A program made the translations under genes and the position numbers. This document shows positions 40,030 through 49,934 of a stretch of 64,000 nt of DNA, piece after piece (the stretch's first letter is position 1; each line of letters begins with the position of its first letter). Source of the stretch: Candidatus Doudnabacteria bacterium (GTDB taxonomy: Bacteria; Patescibacteriota; Doudnabacteria; UBA920); NCBI GenBank assembly GCA_963837465.1, contig CAWINB010000001.1:11915-75914 (forward strand). Direction: 5' to 3'. Below the pieces are notes generated by a model. That model was given only the letters and a program-made list of their open reading frames with translations. It ran no database searches and was not told the origin of the DNA.

Positions 40030-40899
40030 ATGACAAAATACACAATAAAGGATTTTAATAAGCAGTTTCCTAACGATAACGCCTGTTTAGAGAATATGTT
40101 TCTGTCTAGGTATGAGGGAAAGACGTGTCCGTTCTGCAATAAGCAAACTAACTTTTATAAACTTACTAACCGCAAGGCGTATTGTTGCCAAAATTGCGGC
40201 GATAGTATTTATCCTTTGGCTAATACCATTTTCCATAAATCTGAAACTTCTTTAAAGTCTTGGTATTACGCAATTTTCTTAATGAGCCAGTCTAGGAACG
40301 GCGTATCAGCTATGGAATTACAGAGGCACTTGGGCGTAACTTACAAGACGGCTTGGAGAATGGGAAAGCAAATCAGAATTTTAATGTCGCAGGAAAATGC
40401 AAAACTTAAAGGGACTGTTGAGGCTGATGAAACTTATGTCGGCGGTAAAGGCAAAAATAACAAGCGTGGCCGTGGAGCTGAACATAAGACAGCGGTATTC
40501 GGAATGGTAGAGCGTAAAGGATCTGTAGTTAGTAAGGTAGTGGAAAATGTTAAATCTTCAACTGTAATGCCGATTATGCGGTCTAGCGTGGCTTTAGGTA
40601 GTAATGTAATGACTGATGAGTTTCCTATTTACAACAGCGTTAGGAAAAGCGGTTACAATCACGGCGTAGTCAATCACGGGCAGAAACAATATGTTATCGG
40701 TAGCAAGCACACTAACACTATTGAGGGCTTTTGGTCGCAGTTAAAGCGAAGTATTGACGGCACTTATCACGCTGTTAGTCCGAAGTATTTGCAGTCTTAT
40801 GTGAACGAGTTTGTTTATCGGTATAATCAGCGTCTTGGTCTTTCCCCTTTGTTTTCGGTTCTGCTTGGACGGGTTGCGAAGCTCGCTTCAGCAGATTAA
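40030..40899 (+). CDS. IS1595-family transposase (ISXO2-like DDE).
   Basis: N-terminal zinc ribbon (CPFCN...CCQNCG), HTH (GVSAMELQRHLGVTYKTAWRM), DDE domain (EADETYVGGK...NTIEGFWSQLKR). Confidence 0.85.
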   Translation: MTKYTIKDFNKQFPNDNACLENMFLSRYEGKTCPFCNKQTNFYKLTNRKAYCCQNCGDSIYPLANTIFHKSETSLKSWYYAIFLMSQSRNGVSAMELQRHLGVTYKTAWRMGKQIRILMSQENAKLKGTVEADETYVGGKGKNNKRGRGAEHKTAVFGMVERKGSVVSKVVENVKSSTVMPIMRSSVALGSNVMTDEFPIYNSVRKSGYNHGVVNHGQKQYVIGSKHTNTIEGFWSQLKRSIDGTYHAVSPKYLQSYVNEFVYRYNQRLGLSPLFSVLLGRVAKLASAD

Positions 40900-40922
40900 A
40901 GAAGTGATTTTTATCGGTTATG

Positions 40923-41162
40923 TTATTTTGATTTTTGATCATTTAATTGAATTGTTTGTAATTGTATAAGGCTATCTATCTTTGCATTTTCTATCGTTAC
41001 TTGTTGAACTAAATTATTGCTAGTTGTAGTAATAAATTGAATATAGGCAAATATTAATCCTAGTAAAGCTAAGCCCATTACGATTACTACACCGAACAGA
41101 AATCTATAAAGTCTTTCTATTTCTGCTACTTGGCCTGTATTTGATAAATTTTCTTTAGCCAT
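40923..41162 (-). CDS. Passenger gene 2: small single-TM protein (79 aa).
   Basis: Inside the IS boundaries. TM LFGVVIVMGLALLGLIFAYIQFI. Confidence 0.45.
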   Translation of the reverse strand: MAKENLSNTGQVAEIERLYRFLFGVVIVMGLALLGLIFAYIQFITTTSNNLVQQVTIENAKIDSLIQLQTIQLNDQKSK

Positions 41163-41173
41163 TATTTTATTCT

Positions 41174-41518
41174 CTATAAGGGGAAACCAGACAAATTAGA
41201 AAATTTTTCAAATTCTGAAATAGGAAAAATCTTAATTTCTTTTGTTCTAGTATTTATAAATCCTTTTAAGATAACTCCAGAATTTTGATAAAAATTAGCG
41301 TTTGATTTATTGTGATAGTCTACCATCATTAATGCCAAAGTCCCCTCTACCTCATCCCAAGTATCAGGCTTTGAAGATGAAGCAGACAAGCTCTTATGCA
41401 AAGCCGCACTTTCACCATTTAGCTCGATAATTTTCACATCAATTTTAGCTTGGTCTATCATAGATATTCCCATTATACCACAAAACCATCGCCACAATCT
41501 TTTAAACATTAATTCCAC
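41174..41518 (-). CDS. Passenger gene 1: hypothetical soluble protein (114 aa).
   Basis: Inside the IS boundaries, immediately upstream of the TM protein gene with a 11-nt gap. No recognisable motif. Confidence 0.45.
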   Translation of the reverse strand: MELMFKRLWRWFCGIMGISMIDQAKIDVKIIELNGESAALHKSLSASSSKPDTWDEVEGTLALMMVDYHNKSNANFYQNSGVILKGFINTRTKEIKIFPISEFEKFSNLSGFPL

Positions 41519-41780
41519 CCCCTCTCATTGTAGCGGGCAAAACACCTGCTGTCAAGGGATAGTCGCCTTTTAAAAATAGGTTACAAATAGTTTGAGAAAA
41601 ACGGGGCAGCTCGATGTTCAATATAGCTGGCTTTTCCCGAAAATCAGCAAAATGGTATAATAAAAGCAGAGATTTATATACACTATTGCCCTGAATCTGA
41701 AGATTCGATCCCCGCGGAATTGCGCCAGGCAACTGATTAACGAAAGGTATTATTTAAGAACCCATTTTAAAAATAGTCTT

Positions 41781-42089
41781 ATGAGCAGTAAAAAAATTCC
41801 CGCGGGAACAGCGCATAAGTTACCGCCCGATTTAAAGAAGACTCTTGCTTCCGACAAGCAGGCTTTGGCGGCGTGGCGGGGTTTGACGCCTTTGGCGCGC
41901 AATGAGTGGATCTGCTGGGTTACGTTCGTCAAAAAGGCGGAGACCAGAAAGCAACATGTACACAGAGTGCGAACCGAGCTTAAAGAAGGCATGAGGAGGC
42001 CGTGCTGCTGGCTGGGCTGTATGCATCGAAAAGATAAAGCAATAAGCCCTTCTGTGCAATATGCGCTGGACAGGCGATCTAAAAAATAA
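41781..42089 (+). CDS. YdeI/OmpD-associated family protein (DUF1801-like).
   Basis: LKKTLASDKQALAAWRGLTPLARNEWICWVTFVKKAETRKQHVHRV pattern. Confidence 0.55.
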   Translation: MSSKKIPAGTAHKLPPDLKKTLASDKQALAAWRGLTPLARNEWICWVTFVKKAETRKQHVHRVRTELKEGMRRPCCWLGCMHRKDKAISPSVQYALDRRSKK

Positions 42090-42110
42090 CGTGTTCCAAA
42101 CTCATGTGGC

Positions 42111-42539
42111 ATGAAAATTAATTCCTCTCTCAAACAGCTTCAGCCGTTTATCGGCGAATGGGACACGGCGCTCTCAAATGCGTCTTTCCTTCCCGATCCG
42201 CAAACTGTTGTCCATGGACGGGTTGCGTTTGAATGGATTGAAGACGGGGCGTATTTTGTCATGCGCCAAGGCAAGGAAGCCACATGGCTTATCAGCCGCG
42301 ACGAAAAGGCCGGGGATTTTACCATCCTTTATTTTGACGCCCGCGGCGTCTCCAGGGTCTATGAAATGAGCTTAAAAAATAACGTTTGGAAAATATGGCG
42401 CAATTCAAAGGGTTTCTCGCAGCGATACTCAGGCAGAGCGAGTAAAGACAAAAAGACGATCATCGCCCATTGGGAAAAATCGTTTGACGGCAGGAAATGG
42501 GAACACGATTTCGATATGAAATTCACAAAATTGAAATAA
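42111..42539 (+). CDS. Hypothetical protein (DUF1579/lipocalin-like).
   Basis: 142-aa ORF, beta-rich. Weak resemblance to DUF1579. Confidence 0.45.
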   Translation: MKINSSLKQLQPFIGEWDTALSNASFLPDPQTVVHGRVAFEWIEDGAYFVMRQGKEATWLISRDEKAGDFTILYFDARGVSRVYEMSLKNNVWKIWRNSKGFSQRYSGRASKDKKTIIAHWEKSFDGRKWEHDFDMKFTKLK

Positions 42540-42560
42540 CAGGCAATTGATTATAAAACC

Positions 42561-43532
42561 ATGCCTTTAATAGACATAAAAAATCTGACAAAAAAATTCG
42601 ATGATTTTACCGCCGTGGATAATCTGTCTTTGGAAATAAGCGAGGGGGAAATTTTTGGGCTTTTGGGCCCGAATGGAGCGGGAAAAACGACCACGCTTTC
42701 CATGCTGGCCACTCTTTTGCCGCCAACCAGCGGCAGCGCGGTAATTAACGGTTTTGACGTTATAAAGCATCCGACGCAGGTCCGGCGATGCGTCGGGTTT
42801 GTTTTTCAGGACCCAAGCTCGGACGATCTTTTAACGGGGAGAGAAAATCTTTATCTTCACGCCTTAATGTACGGGGTCAAGCCCGGCGGGATTAACAAAA
42901 AAATCGAAGAAGGGCTTAAACTGGTTGATTTGACGGACAAGCAAAACGTAAGAATGAGAAAGTATTCGGGCGGCATGCGCAGAAGGCTTGAGCTCGCCAG
43001 AGGTTTTTTGCACAGCCCGAAAATATTATTTTTGGACGAACCGACGGTGGGTCTAGACCCCCAGACCAGGGAAAATCTTTGGGCGTATATTAAAAAACTG
43101 TCGGCGGAAAATAAAATAACCATCATCTTAACCACTCATTATATGGAAGAAGCCGACAAGCTGTGCGACCGGATAGCCATAATCGACCACGGCAAAGTAA
43201 TAGCGTTAGATACTCCGGCTGACTTTAAAAAAAGTCTCGGCGGTGACTTGGTGACTATAAAAACCAAAAATCCGGAAATATCCGAGCTGGAAAAAATGGA
43301 TTATATCAAACGCGCGCGGTTTAAAGATGGTTTACTTAACCTGACTGTCAACGACGCTAGCTCCCACTTGCAGAAAATTTTGGAAAAAGTCGGCCAGGCG
43401 GAAGATGTTGAACTCCATTCGCCGACATTGCACGATGTATTTTTAAAATTAACGGGCAGGCAAATCAGGGAAGGTACGGAAGAAGCGGAAGGCGGCTGGA
43501 TGACCAGATCTATGCGTTCGGGAAATAAATAA
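42561..43532 (+). CDS. ABC transporter ATP-binding protein (ABC-2/DrrA-like).
   Basis: Walker A GPNGAGKTT, signature YSGGMRRRL, Walker B ILFLDEPT. Confidence 0.9.
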   Translation: MPLIDIKNLTKKFDDFTAVDNLSLEISEGEIFGLLGPNGAGKTTTLSMLATLLPPTSGSAVINGFDVIKHPTQVRRCVGFVFQDPSSDDLLTGRENLYLHALMYGVKPGGINKKIEEGLKLVDLTDKQNVRMRKYSGGMRRRLELARGFLHSPKILFLDEPTVGLDPQTRENLWAYIKKLSAENKITIILTTHYMEEADKLCDRIAIIDHGKVIALDTPADFKKSLGGDLVTIKTKNPEISELEKMDYIKRARFKDGLLNLTVNDASSHLQKILEKVGQAEDVELHSPTLHDVFLKLTGRQIREGTEEAEGGWMTRSMRSGNK

Positions 43533-43542
43533 TTTTTAAAAC

Positions 43543-44322
43543 ATGTCGAATCTGAACGTAACATCGGAACTAAAAGGCCTGTACGCGATTTGGTATCGGG
43601 AGCTTCTGGTTTTTACCAGGGAGCCCTCAAGGCTGGTTGGCGCGATCATTCAGCCGCTTCTGTGGCTGGTAATTTTTGGAACCGGACTGGGATCAATAAT
43701 AGAACCCGGAGCGGTCAGCGGCGCCAATTACCAGCAATTTTTATTTCCCGGAATCCTGGTCATGACCGTTTTATTCGGCTCGTTATTTTTTGGCTTGTAT
43801 ATCATATTGGACAAGCGCGTGGACTTTTTAAAAGAGGTGCTGGTCGCGCCGTTAAATAAAAGCACGATGTTTTTCGGCAAAGCCCTGGGAGGTTCGACCG
43901 ACGGATTGCTGCAAATAATTATTTTGCTGATTCTTGGGGCAATATTTTTTGGAATCCGCTTTAACTTATTGACCGTGATTTTAACCTTTGTTATTATAAT
44001 TTTGCTGCTTATCGCGGTTACAAGCCTTGGATTGGCGATTGGTTCGGTTATGGAAAGTCTGGAAGGGTTCGGCTTAATCTCCAGCTTTGTTGCTTTCCCG
44101 CTGTTTTTCTTAAGCGGCGCGTTATTCCCGGTCACCAAATTGCCTTTTTGGCTTAAAATAATTGTGATGATAAATCCGGTATCTTACGCTGTTGACGCTC
44201 TCCGGTCGGTTATTTTGGGAATAACAAGTTATGGTTTATTTCTTGATTTTACGGTGTTGGTTGCCTTTGCGGTTATAATGCTGATTGTCGGGACATGGGC
44301 ATTCAAAAGAATCAAGCTTTAA
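43543..44322 (+). CDS. ABC-2 family transporter permease.
   Basis: Six TM segments, ABC-2 fold. Adjacent to the ATPase gene. Confidence 0.85.
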   Translation: MSNLNVTSELKGLYAIWYRELLVFTREPSRLVGAIIQPLLWLVIFGTGLGSIIEPGAVSGANYQQFLFPGILVMTVLFGSLFFGLYIILDKRVDFLKEVLVAPLNKSTMFFGKALGGSTDGLLQIIILLILGAIFFGIRFNLLTVILTFVIIILLLIAVTSLGLAIGSVMESLEGFGLISSFVAFPLFFLSGALFPVTKLPFWLKIIVMINPVSYAVDALRSVILGITSYGLFLDFTVLVAFAVIMLIVGTWAFKRIKL

Positions 44323-44359
44323 TTATTAACCAGCCACAGCTGGCGAAAGGAAAAATATT

Positions 44360-44764
44360 ATGAAACTTAGCTATATTGCGATAAGAGTAATGGATTTGGA
44401 TAAATCCTTAAAATTCTATACCGAAGACCTTGGTTTAAAAGTTGTTGAAAAGCGCAGCCCTATTCCGGGAGAAGATGTTGTAAGTTTAATTGATGAGGAG
44501 TCGGGACAAAAGTTAGTTCTGATGTATTACGCGGAAGACTGCAAACTCTACACCCCGTGGAAAATGGACGGTGTCGAGCTGGATCACCTGTCCTTTGAAG
44601 TGGAAGATGCCAAGAAAACTTACGGGGAATTCATAAAAAATGGAGCGCCTGCCGCAACGGAATTAATGGAGAGGAAGACTGACGATGGAGATTTTGCAAT
44701 GGGATTCGTTAAAGATCCCAACGGAATCTGGGTAGGATTTAGGAGCCTGACCAAAAACAAGTAA
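44360..44764 (+). CDS. VOC-family protein (glyoxalase/bleomycin-resistance/dioxygenase fold).
   Basis: LSYIAIRVMDLDKSLKFYTEDLGL N-terminal beta-alpha-beta-beta-beta module. Confidence 0.75.
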   Translation: MKLSYIAIRVMDLDKSLKFYTEDLGLKVVEKRSPIPGEDVVSLIDEESGQKLVLMYYAEDCKLYTPWKMDGVELDHLSFEVEDAKKTYGEFIKNGAPAATELMERKTDDGDFAMGFVKDPNGIWVGFRSLTKNK

Positions 44765-44797
44765 GATCCATCCCGATAGCGGAGTTTCCAAATACAA

Positions 44798-45424
44798 ATG
44801 ACACGGGTGAATATGCGTAAAGTTATTGTCCTGACATTTATAACATTAGACGGTATCATGCAGGCCCCGGGCGGACCGCAAGAAGACACCTCCGGCGGTT
44901 TTGCCTTTGGCGGCTGGTCGTTTCCCTATGCTGACGAGTTTTCCGGCAAACTGATGAGCCGCCAAATGAGCAAACCGTTTGACTTGTTGCTCGGCAGAAA
45001 AACCTACGAAATATTCAGCGCTTATTGGCCGCGCCAAGCTGAGGCGGTAAACCCTGTGGCAAAAGCCTTCAATAAAGCGAAAAAGTACGTCGCGTCACAT
45101 TCGGCGCTGCGGCTCGATTGGAAAAATTCCGAATTGCTTACCGGGGATGTTGCCGAGGCCGTGCGCAAACTTAAAGAAAGCGACGGCGTAGATTTGCAGG
45201 TGCATGGCAGCGGCAACCTCATTCAGACTTTGCTCAGGAACGACCTCGTGGATGAGCTTTGGTTAAAAATTCATCCGCTGACCTTGGGCAGCGGCAAACG
45301 CTTGTTCGCGGAAGGCGCAATCCCGGCTGCTTTTACCCTGCTCGAAGCAAAGGTCACGCCCACCGGAGTAATTTTTGCCGATTATCGGCGCGCACCCGGA
45401 CAGATTAAGACGGGAAGCTTTTAA
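44798..45424 (+). CDS. Dihydrofolate-reductase-family protein (RibD C-terminal domain-like).
   Basis: MRKVIVLTFITLDGIMQAPGGP...LLLGRKTYEIF pattern. Alternative start at 44813. Confidence 0.75.
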   Translation: MTRVNMRKVIVLTFITLDGIMQAPGGPQEDTSGGFAFGGWSFPYADEFSGKLMSRQMSKPFDLLLGRKTYEIFSAYWPRQAEAVNPVAKAFNKAKKYVASHSALRLDWKNSELLTGDVAEAVRKLKESDGVDLQVHGSGNLIQTLLRNDLVDELWLKIHPLTLGSGKRLFAEGAIPAAFTLLEAKVTPTGVIFADYRRAPGQIKTGSF

Positions 45425-45463
45425 AAACTTCCATTTGTCCCGTTGCGGCGGTTACAAAATACA

Positions 45464-45485
45464 GTTTGACCCAATAAACTCAGCC
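45464..45485. repeat. Recurring motif GTTTGACCCAATAAACTCAGCC (copy 1 of 3).
   Basis: Shared core TTGACCCRATAAA with copies at 50663 and 52942. Confidence 0.55.
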
Positions 45486-45547
45486 ATTTCAATGGGTTTT
45501 GCAACCATCTTAAAGGTCGGAGTATTTAATTAACCAAATTAAAAAAC

Positions 45548-45712
45548 ATGGTAAAAGGAAATTTTATCGGCGCGGCTATTGTTGCGATAATTTACACGGT
45601 CTATATTTTAATGAATCCCGGCGCGGCGAAATCAAAACCGGCATTCATTTTCATATTGGTGATTCTTAATGCTTTAACCATCGTGCTTTTGTCTTTCGCG
45701 TTCAGGAAATAA
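45548..45712 (+). CDS. Possible 54-aa two-TM micro-protein.
   Basis: MVKGNFIGAAIVAIIYTVYILMNPGAAKSKPAFIFILVILNALTIVLLSFAFRK. Not in the supplied ORF track (<60 aa). Confidence 0.3.
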   Translation: MVKGNFIGAAIVAIIYTVYILMNPGAAKSKPAFIFILVILNALTIVLLSFAFRK

Positions 45713-45800
45713 AGGAAATCATAAAAAATGGCTCCCGACCCCGTTTTATTTATTTGGGTAGAAAGCGGCTGCCGACCCCGTTTTGTGCTAAAATAAGGTT

Positions 45801-46316
45801 ATGTCTATTTTCGGCCTGATTCTCATTATTCTTTGGCTAATATTCTGGCTCTACTGGGCTGTTTCCGCGTTCGGAACAAAGAAGGTCTTAAAGCGCGCCA
45901 ACTCAAAGGCGCGGTATTTCGGTATTATTTTGGTTATTGCCGTTATTTTAATATCACAGGGGATGGATTTTAATGCCCAATTAATTCCCCACAACAAAGC
46001 GGTTTTGATTGCGGGGACAATCCTTTGCGCCTTGGGCCTGGCTTTTGCCGTTTGGGCCAGGCGGCACTTGGGCAAAAATTGGAACATTGAGCCCTCTATC
46101 CAGCAGGATCACGAACTGGTAACCTCCGGCCCTTATCGGTTTGTGCGCCATCCAATCTACACCGGATTATTGATCGCGTTCCTGGGCTCGGCTCTGGTGG
46201 GAGGATTGTCCTGGATTATAATTTTTATTTTCACGGCAGGCCTATTTATATGGCGGATTCACGCCGAAGAAAATTTTACTGATGCAGTTGTTTCCGCAGG
46301 CCTATCCGGAATATAA
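45801..46316 (+). CDS. Isoprenylcysteine carboxyl methyltransferase (ICMT)/phospholipid methyltransferase family membrane protein.
   Basis: LVTSGPYRFVRHPIYTGLLIAFLGSAL and EE...F C-terminal motif. Preceded by two direct repeats GGCTSCCGACCCCGTTTT (45720-45790). Confidence 0.8.
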   Translation: MSIFGLILIILWLIFWLYWAVSAFGTKKVLKRANSKARYFGIILVIAVILISQGMDFNAQLIPHNKAVLIAGTILCALGLAFAVWARRHLGKNWNIEPSIQQDHELVTSGPYRFVRHPIYTGLLIAFLGSALVGGLSWIIIFIFTAGLFIWRIHAEENFTDAVVSAGLSGI

Positions 46317-46377
46317 AAAGCGGACCAAGGCATTATTGCCGTTTATCTGGTAATTCTTAAAGGGGCTGAAATATAAA

Positions 46378-47085
46378 ATGAATCCAAACAAAAAGACGGC
46401 AAGGATTGCCGGTGTGCTCTACCTGCTTGTCGGCATCTTCGGCGGCTTCGCGGAAGGGTTTGTGGATCCAAAAATGTATGTCGCGGGCAATGCGGCTGCC
46501 ACAGCCGGCAATGTAATGGCAAACCCAGGTCTTGTACGCGTGGGAGTTGTAGCGCATCTGTCAGACGGAACATTTTTTGTCTTTTTGGCCATGGCGCTCT
46601 ATGGCCTGCTCCAGCCCGTAAACAAGAGCGTGGCGAGGTCAATGTTAGTCCTGGTCGTGCTGGCGACGGGCATTATTTGTATGAACGCGGTTTTTGAGTT
46701 TGAGGCTTTGCGGGTGGCAACCGGCGCGGTCAATATGGGCGCCTTAGGAGTCGCGGGTTCTAATGCCCTGGTGCTGCTCTTGCTTGATACCCAGCATTAC
46801 GGAACCTTAATCGCCCAGGTCTTTTTTGGGCTGTGGCTGGTACCGCTGGGATATCTGGCTTATAAATCCGGGATGTTCCCAAAGTGGCTGGGTGTTGTGC
46901 TGATTGTCGGTGGCATATGTTACCTTATTGACCTGCTGACGGCATTTTTGGCGCCGGGCCGCGGCCAAAATATCCATACCTTTGTTATAATCCCTTCAGC
47001 GGCCGCAGAAATTTCCATGGTCCTGTATCTGCTTATAATTGGCGCAAGGAACCCAAAGCCAGGGCAGCAGCATGCTCCCGGATAG
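46378..47085 (+). CDS. DUF4386-like integral membrane protein.
   Basis: ARIAGVLYLLVGIFGGFAEGFV N-terminus and multi-TM profile. Confidence 0.6.
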   Translation: MNPNKKTARIAGVLYLLVGIFGGFAEGFVDPKMYVAGNAAATAGNVMANPGLVRVGVVAHLSDGTFFVFLAMALYGLLQPVNKSVARSMLVLVVLATGIICMNAVFEFEALRVATGAVNMGALGVAGSNALVLLLLDTQHYGTLIAQVFFGLWLVPLGYLAYKSGMFPKWLGVVLIVGGICYLIDLLTAFLAPGRGQNIHTFVIIPSAAAEISMVLYLLIIGARNPKPGQQHAPG

Positions 47086-47130
47086 CCGCAGGATTATTAA
47101 AGCGCTAACAGCGGGCAATAGAAGAGGTAT

Positions 47131-47679
47131 ATGAACAGCTTTATTCAGCCAGCCCAACCATGGTGGGTAAACCTTCTGGTTTTAGCGCCTTTTGCGGCCT
47201 GCTATTTTTTTAAAAAGCAACAGTTGGTTATGGCAAAAACCCAGCTGTTATTTTTAGCGGGCTTTGGTATCGCTTTTGGCTTTATGGAAGCCGCTACGGT
47301 AGTTTATCTCCGTACTGCTTTGGGCTTCCCCGTTAACTACACCCCTGTTATGTTTCAGCAAGCGCGGCTGCTTACCGGTTTGCCGCGGACTTTATTAACA
47401 ATTGAATTTTTTCGCGAATTGGCAACTTTGGCAATGCTGCTGAGTATTTCTTTGGCTGCCGCTCGGAAGCTTAAAGAACGTTGGGCGGTATTTTTATGGA
47501 TATTTGCTTTTTGGGACCTGTTTTATTACCTGGGCCTGTGGCTGACAGTCCGCTGGCCAAGTTCGCTTATCACGCCTGACGTGCTGTTCTTAATCCCTGT
47601 TCCCTGGCACGCCCAGGTCTGGTTTCCTGTTTTAGTCAGTGTGTTAAGTATTGGCGCTGTAGCCACGGCGGCCTGTTAA
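47131..47679 (+). CDS. Hypothetical integral membrane protein.
   Basis: 182 aa, 5-6 TM segments. Confidence 0.5.
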   Translation: MNSFIQPAQPWWVNLLVLAPFAACYFFKKQQLVMAKTQLLFLAGFGIAFGFMEAATVVYLRTALGFPVNYTPVMFQQARLLTGLPRTLLTIEFFRELATLAMLLSISLAAARKLKERWAVFLWIFAFWDLFYYLGLWLTVRWPSSLITPDVLFLIPVPWHAQVWFPVLVSVLSIGAVATAAC

Positions 47680-47690
47680 TTATAAATTAT

Positions 47691-48233
47691 ATGAATCCGC
47701 GTCCAATCTTCGTGCGTTTCCCAATCGCGTTATTGACGCTGTATACTTTATGCGAGCTGTTACGGTTTAAAATAATCAAACAGCAGCCGACTTGGTTTTA
47801 CCTGAAAGCTGTTTTGGTTATTTGCGGCACCGCGGGAGCGACAGCCGCGATTTTAACGGGTGATGGCGCGAAGAGGGCGGTATTAACAGGTCTAATAAAC
47901 GCCCAAGTTGCCAACCCCAGGATGGTAATCAGTTTACACGAAACCTGGGCCAAAGGCGCCTCTTTGGTTTATTTGCTGCTGGCCGCCGGTTACGCGGCCG
48001 CGTGGCTGAACCGGTTTAACATTATTGATAAACTGGCGGGCAAAACGCTTAAACGGGTTTGGCAGCTTGCCACAAAAATACAAAAGCTGCTCATAGAAAC
48101 GAATTTGGTTGTTATTTTATCCATTATTGGTTTAATCGCCATTACCATCGCGGGAGCTTTGGGCGGATCCATAATTTACGGCCCGAATACCGACCCGGTA
48201 GTCCGGTTTATTTATAAGGTTATCGCGCGATAA
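47691..48233 (+). CDS. Hypothetical integral membrane protein.
   Basis: 180 aa, 4 TM segments. Confidence 0.5.
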   Translation: MNPRPIFVRFPIALLTLYTLCELLRFKIIKQQPTWFYLKAVLVICGTAGATAAILTGDGAKRAVLTGLINAQVANPRMVISLHETWAKGASLVYLLLAAGYAAAWLNRFNIIDKLAGKTLKRVWQLATKIQKLLIETNLVVILSIIGLIAITIAGALGGSIIYGPNTDPVVRFIYKVIAR

Positions 48234-48289
48234 TACGGAACACTCTTTTCTTCATGCTGGCTTCATGACAAGACTTTACATTTCAACCT

Positions 48290-48961
48290 ATGAAGATTTT
48301 GCTGGTTGAAGATAACCAAAAGTTATCGGCTTCCGTAAAAAAAGGTTTGGCACAGGAAGGCTACAGTGTGGATTGCTTGTTTGACGGTGAGACCGCCGAA
48401 AGGCGGCTTTTCGGCCGCCCGCTGGATTATGATCTGGTTGTTTTAGACGTTATGCTTCCGGGCAAAAATGGCCTGGAAGTATGCGGAGCCTGGCGCGGCC
48501 AGAATATTACCGCGCCAATTTTAATGCTGACCGCCAAAGACACCACCTCCGATAAAGTCATGGGACTGGACGCGGGAGGGGACGATTACCTGATCAAGCC
48601 GTTTGCTTTTGAAGAATTGCTGGCCCGGGTCCGGGCTTTGCTCAGGCGTCCGAAAGAATCAATGCCCAATATATTATCGGCCCGCGGTATTATTTTAAAC
48701 AGCAGCGGCAAACTGCTTACGGTCGCTGGCCGTGAAGTGCCGCTGACTCTGCGCGAGTTTTCCATACTGGAACATTTTTTGCGGAATCCAAACCAAGTTT
48801 TGACCCGCGAACAGATAGTGGCGCATGTCTGGGAATTTTCTTTTGACCCTCTGAGTAATGTGGTCGACGTGCACGTAAAAAATTTAAGGAAAAAACTGGG
48901 ATCTGATTATGGCCGACATTTACAAACGCTGCGAGGCCTGGGTTATCGCTTTACAGTCTGA
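48290..48961 (+). CDS. OmpR-family response regulator.
   Basis: Receiver domain (LLVEDN...DLVVLDVMLPG...K) plus winged-helix trans_reg_C (LTLREFSILEHFL...GLGYRF). Confidence 0.9.
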   Translation: MKILLVEDNQKLSASVKKGLAQEGYSVDCLFDGETAERRLFGRPLDYDLVVLDVMLPGKNGLEVCGAWRGQNITAPILMLTAKDTTSDKVMGLDAGGDDYLIKPFAFEELLARVRALLRRPKESMPNILSARGIILNSSGKLLTVAGREVPLTLREFSILEHFLRNPNQVLTREQIVAHVWEFSFDPLSNVVDVHVKNLRKKLGSDYGRHLQTLRGLGYRFTV

Positions 48962-49934
48962 TATTTTCAACTGGGCAAAGATAAAGCTGACCGGGCTTTA
49001 TCTTATTGTTATAGTTGTCATACTGGCTGTTTTTAGTTTCGCGCTGCGCGCCAACCTTGCCCATCATTTGCGAACGGACTTGAACATAAGGCGCGCAATT
49101 GAATCCAGGGACGCTGACGGCGATGGAATTGACGATGCCCCGCGAAGAATTGACGCTGTTATTGGCGCCACTGATATTGCTGTTCTGCTTATCGCGGGCG
49201 GATTTAGTTACTGGCTGGCCGGCTACACGCTTAAACCTATCCGTAAAGCGCTGGACGCGCAGAGCCGCTTTAGCGCTGAAGCCTCGCACGAATTGCGCAC
49301 GCCTTTGGCCGTTATGCTTACAAGTATCGAAGTCCTGTTGCGAAGCAGCCACGCTTTGCCGCGGGAAGCCAGGGATGTTTTGGAAAGCAATCTGGAGGAG
49401 ATCAAATCAATGTCAAAGATGACCGAACAGCTGCTGGAACTGTCCCGGGGCAGGAATTTTATGCCGGAGAAGCTGGAGCGGTTAAATTTAACGGATGTGG
49501 TTCGGGGCATGATTGAAAAATTAAACAAGCTGGCCGCCAGGAAGGGGATACTGCTGATTTCAGGAGAGTCTGCCGGTGTTTTCGTAAACGGCAAAACGGA
49601 TGATCTGGAAAGAATATTAAAAAACATCATTACCAATTCCATAACTTATACTCCGCGGGGCGGGATCATAACTGTTTCAGTTTTTAATAAACGGGGCCGC
49701 GCGGAGATTTTGGTTGCGGACACCGGCATTGGCATAGCCCCGAAAGACTTGCCGCACATTTTTAAAGCTTTTTATAAAGCCGACCAATCCCGCGCCGCTG
49801 TGGACAACCAGTCGGGAGCCGGCTTGGGCTTGGCTATTGTAAAGCAGATTGTTGAGCAGCATCGCGGCGCTATAGAAGTAAAAAGCCTCGTGAATAAAGG
49901 CACTATGGTTATTGTTCGCATACCTTCAAAATAA
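48909..49934 (+). CDS. Sensor histidine kinase (HisKA + HATPase_c).
   Basis: H-box SHELRTPLAV. N, G1, G2 boxes (ITNSITYT..., DTGIGI, GAGLGLAIV). Confidence 0.85.
   Translation: MADIYKRCEAWVIALQSDIFNWAKIKLTGLYLIVIVVILAVFSFALRANLAHHLRTDLNIRRAIESRDADGDGIDDAPRRIDAVIGATDIAVLLIAGGFSYWLAGYTLKPIRKALDAQSRFSAEASHELRTPLAVMLTSIEVLLRSSHALPREARDVLESNLEEIKSMSKMTEQLLELSRGRNFMPEKLERLNLTDVVRGMIEKLNKLAARKGILLISGESAGVFVNGKTDDLERILKNIITNSITYTPRGGIITVSVFNKRGRAEILVADTGIGIAPKDLPHIFKAFYKADQSRAAVDNQSGAGLGLAIVKQIVEQHRGAIEVKSLVNKGTMVIVRIPSK

Larger units (their letters stand above)
39951..41575 (+). mobile_element. Complete IS1595-family insertion sequence (~1.6 kb) with ~32-35 bp terminal IRs, carrying a transposase and two small antisense passenger genes.
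   Basis: IRL TTTTAAAAGACGACTATCCCTTGACAGCAGGT (39951-39982) versus IRR reverse-complement TTTTAAAAGGCGACTATCCCTTGACAGCAGGT (41544-41575). Inserted ~135 bp downstream of tRNA-Asp. Confidence 0.8.
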
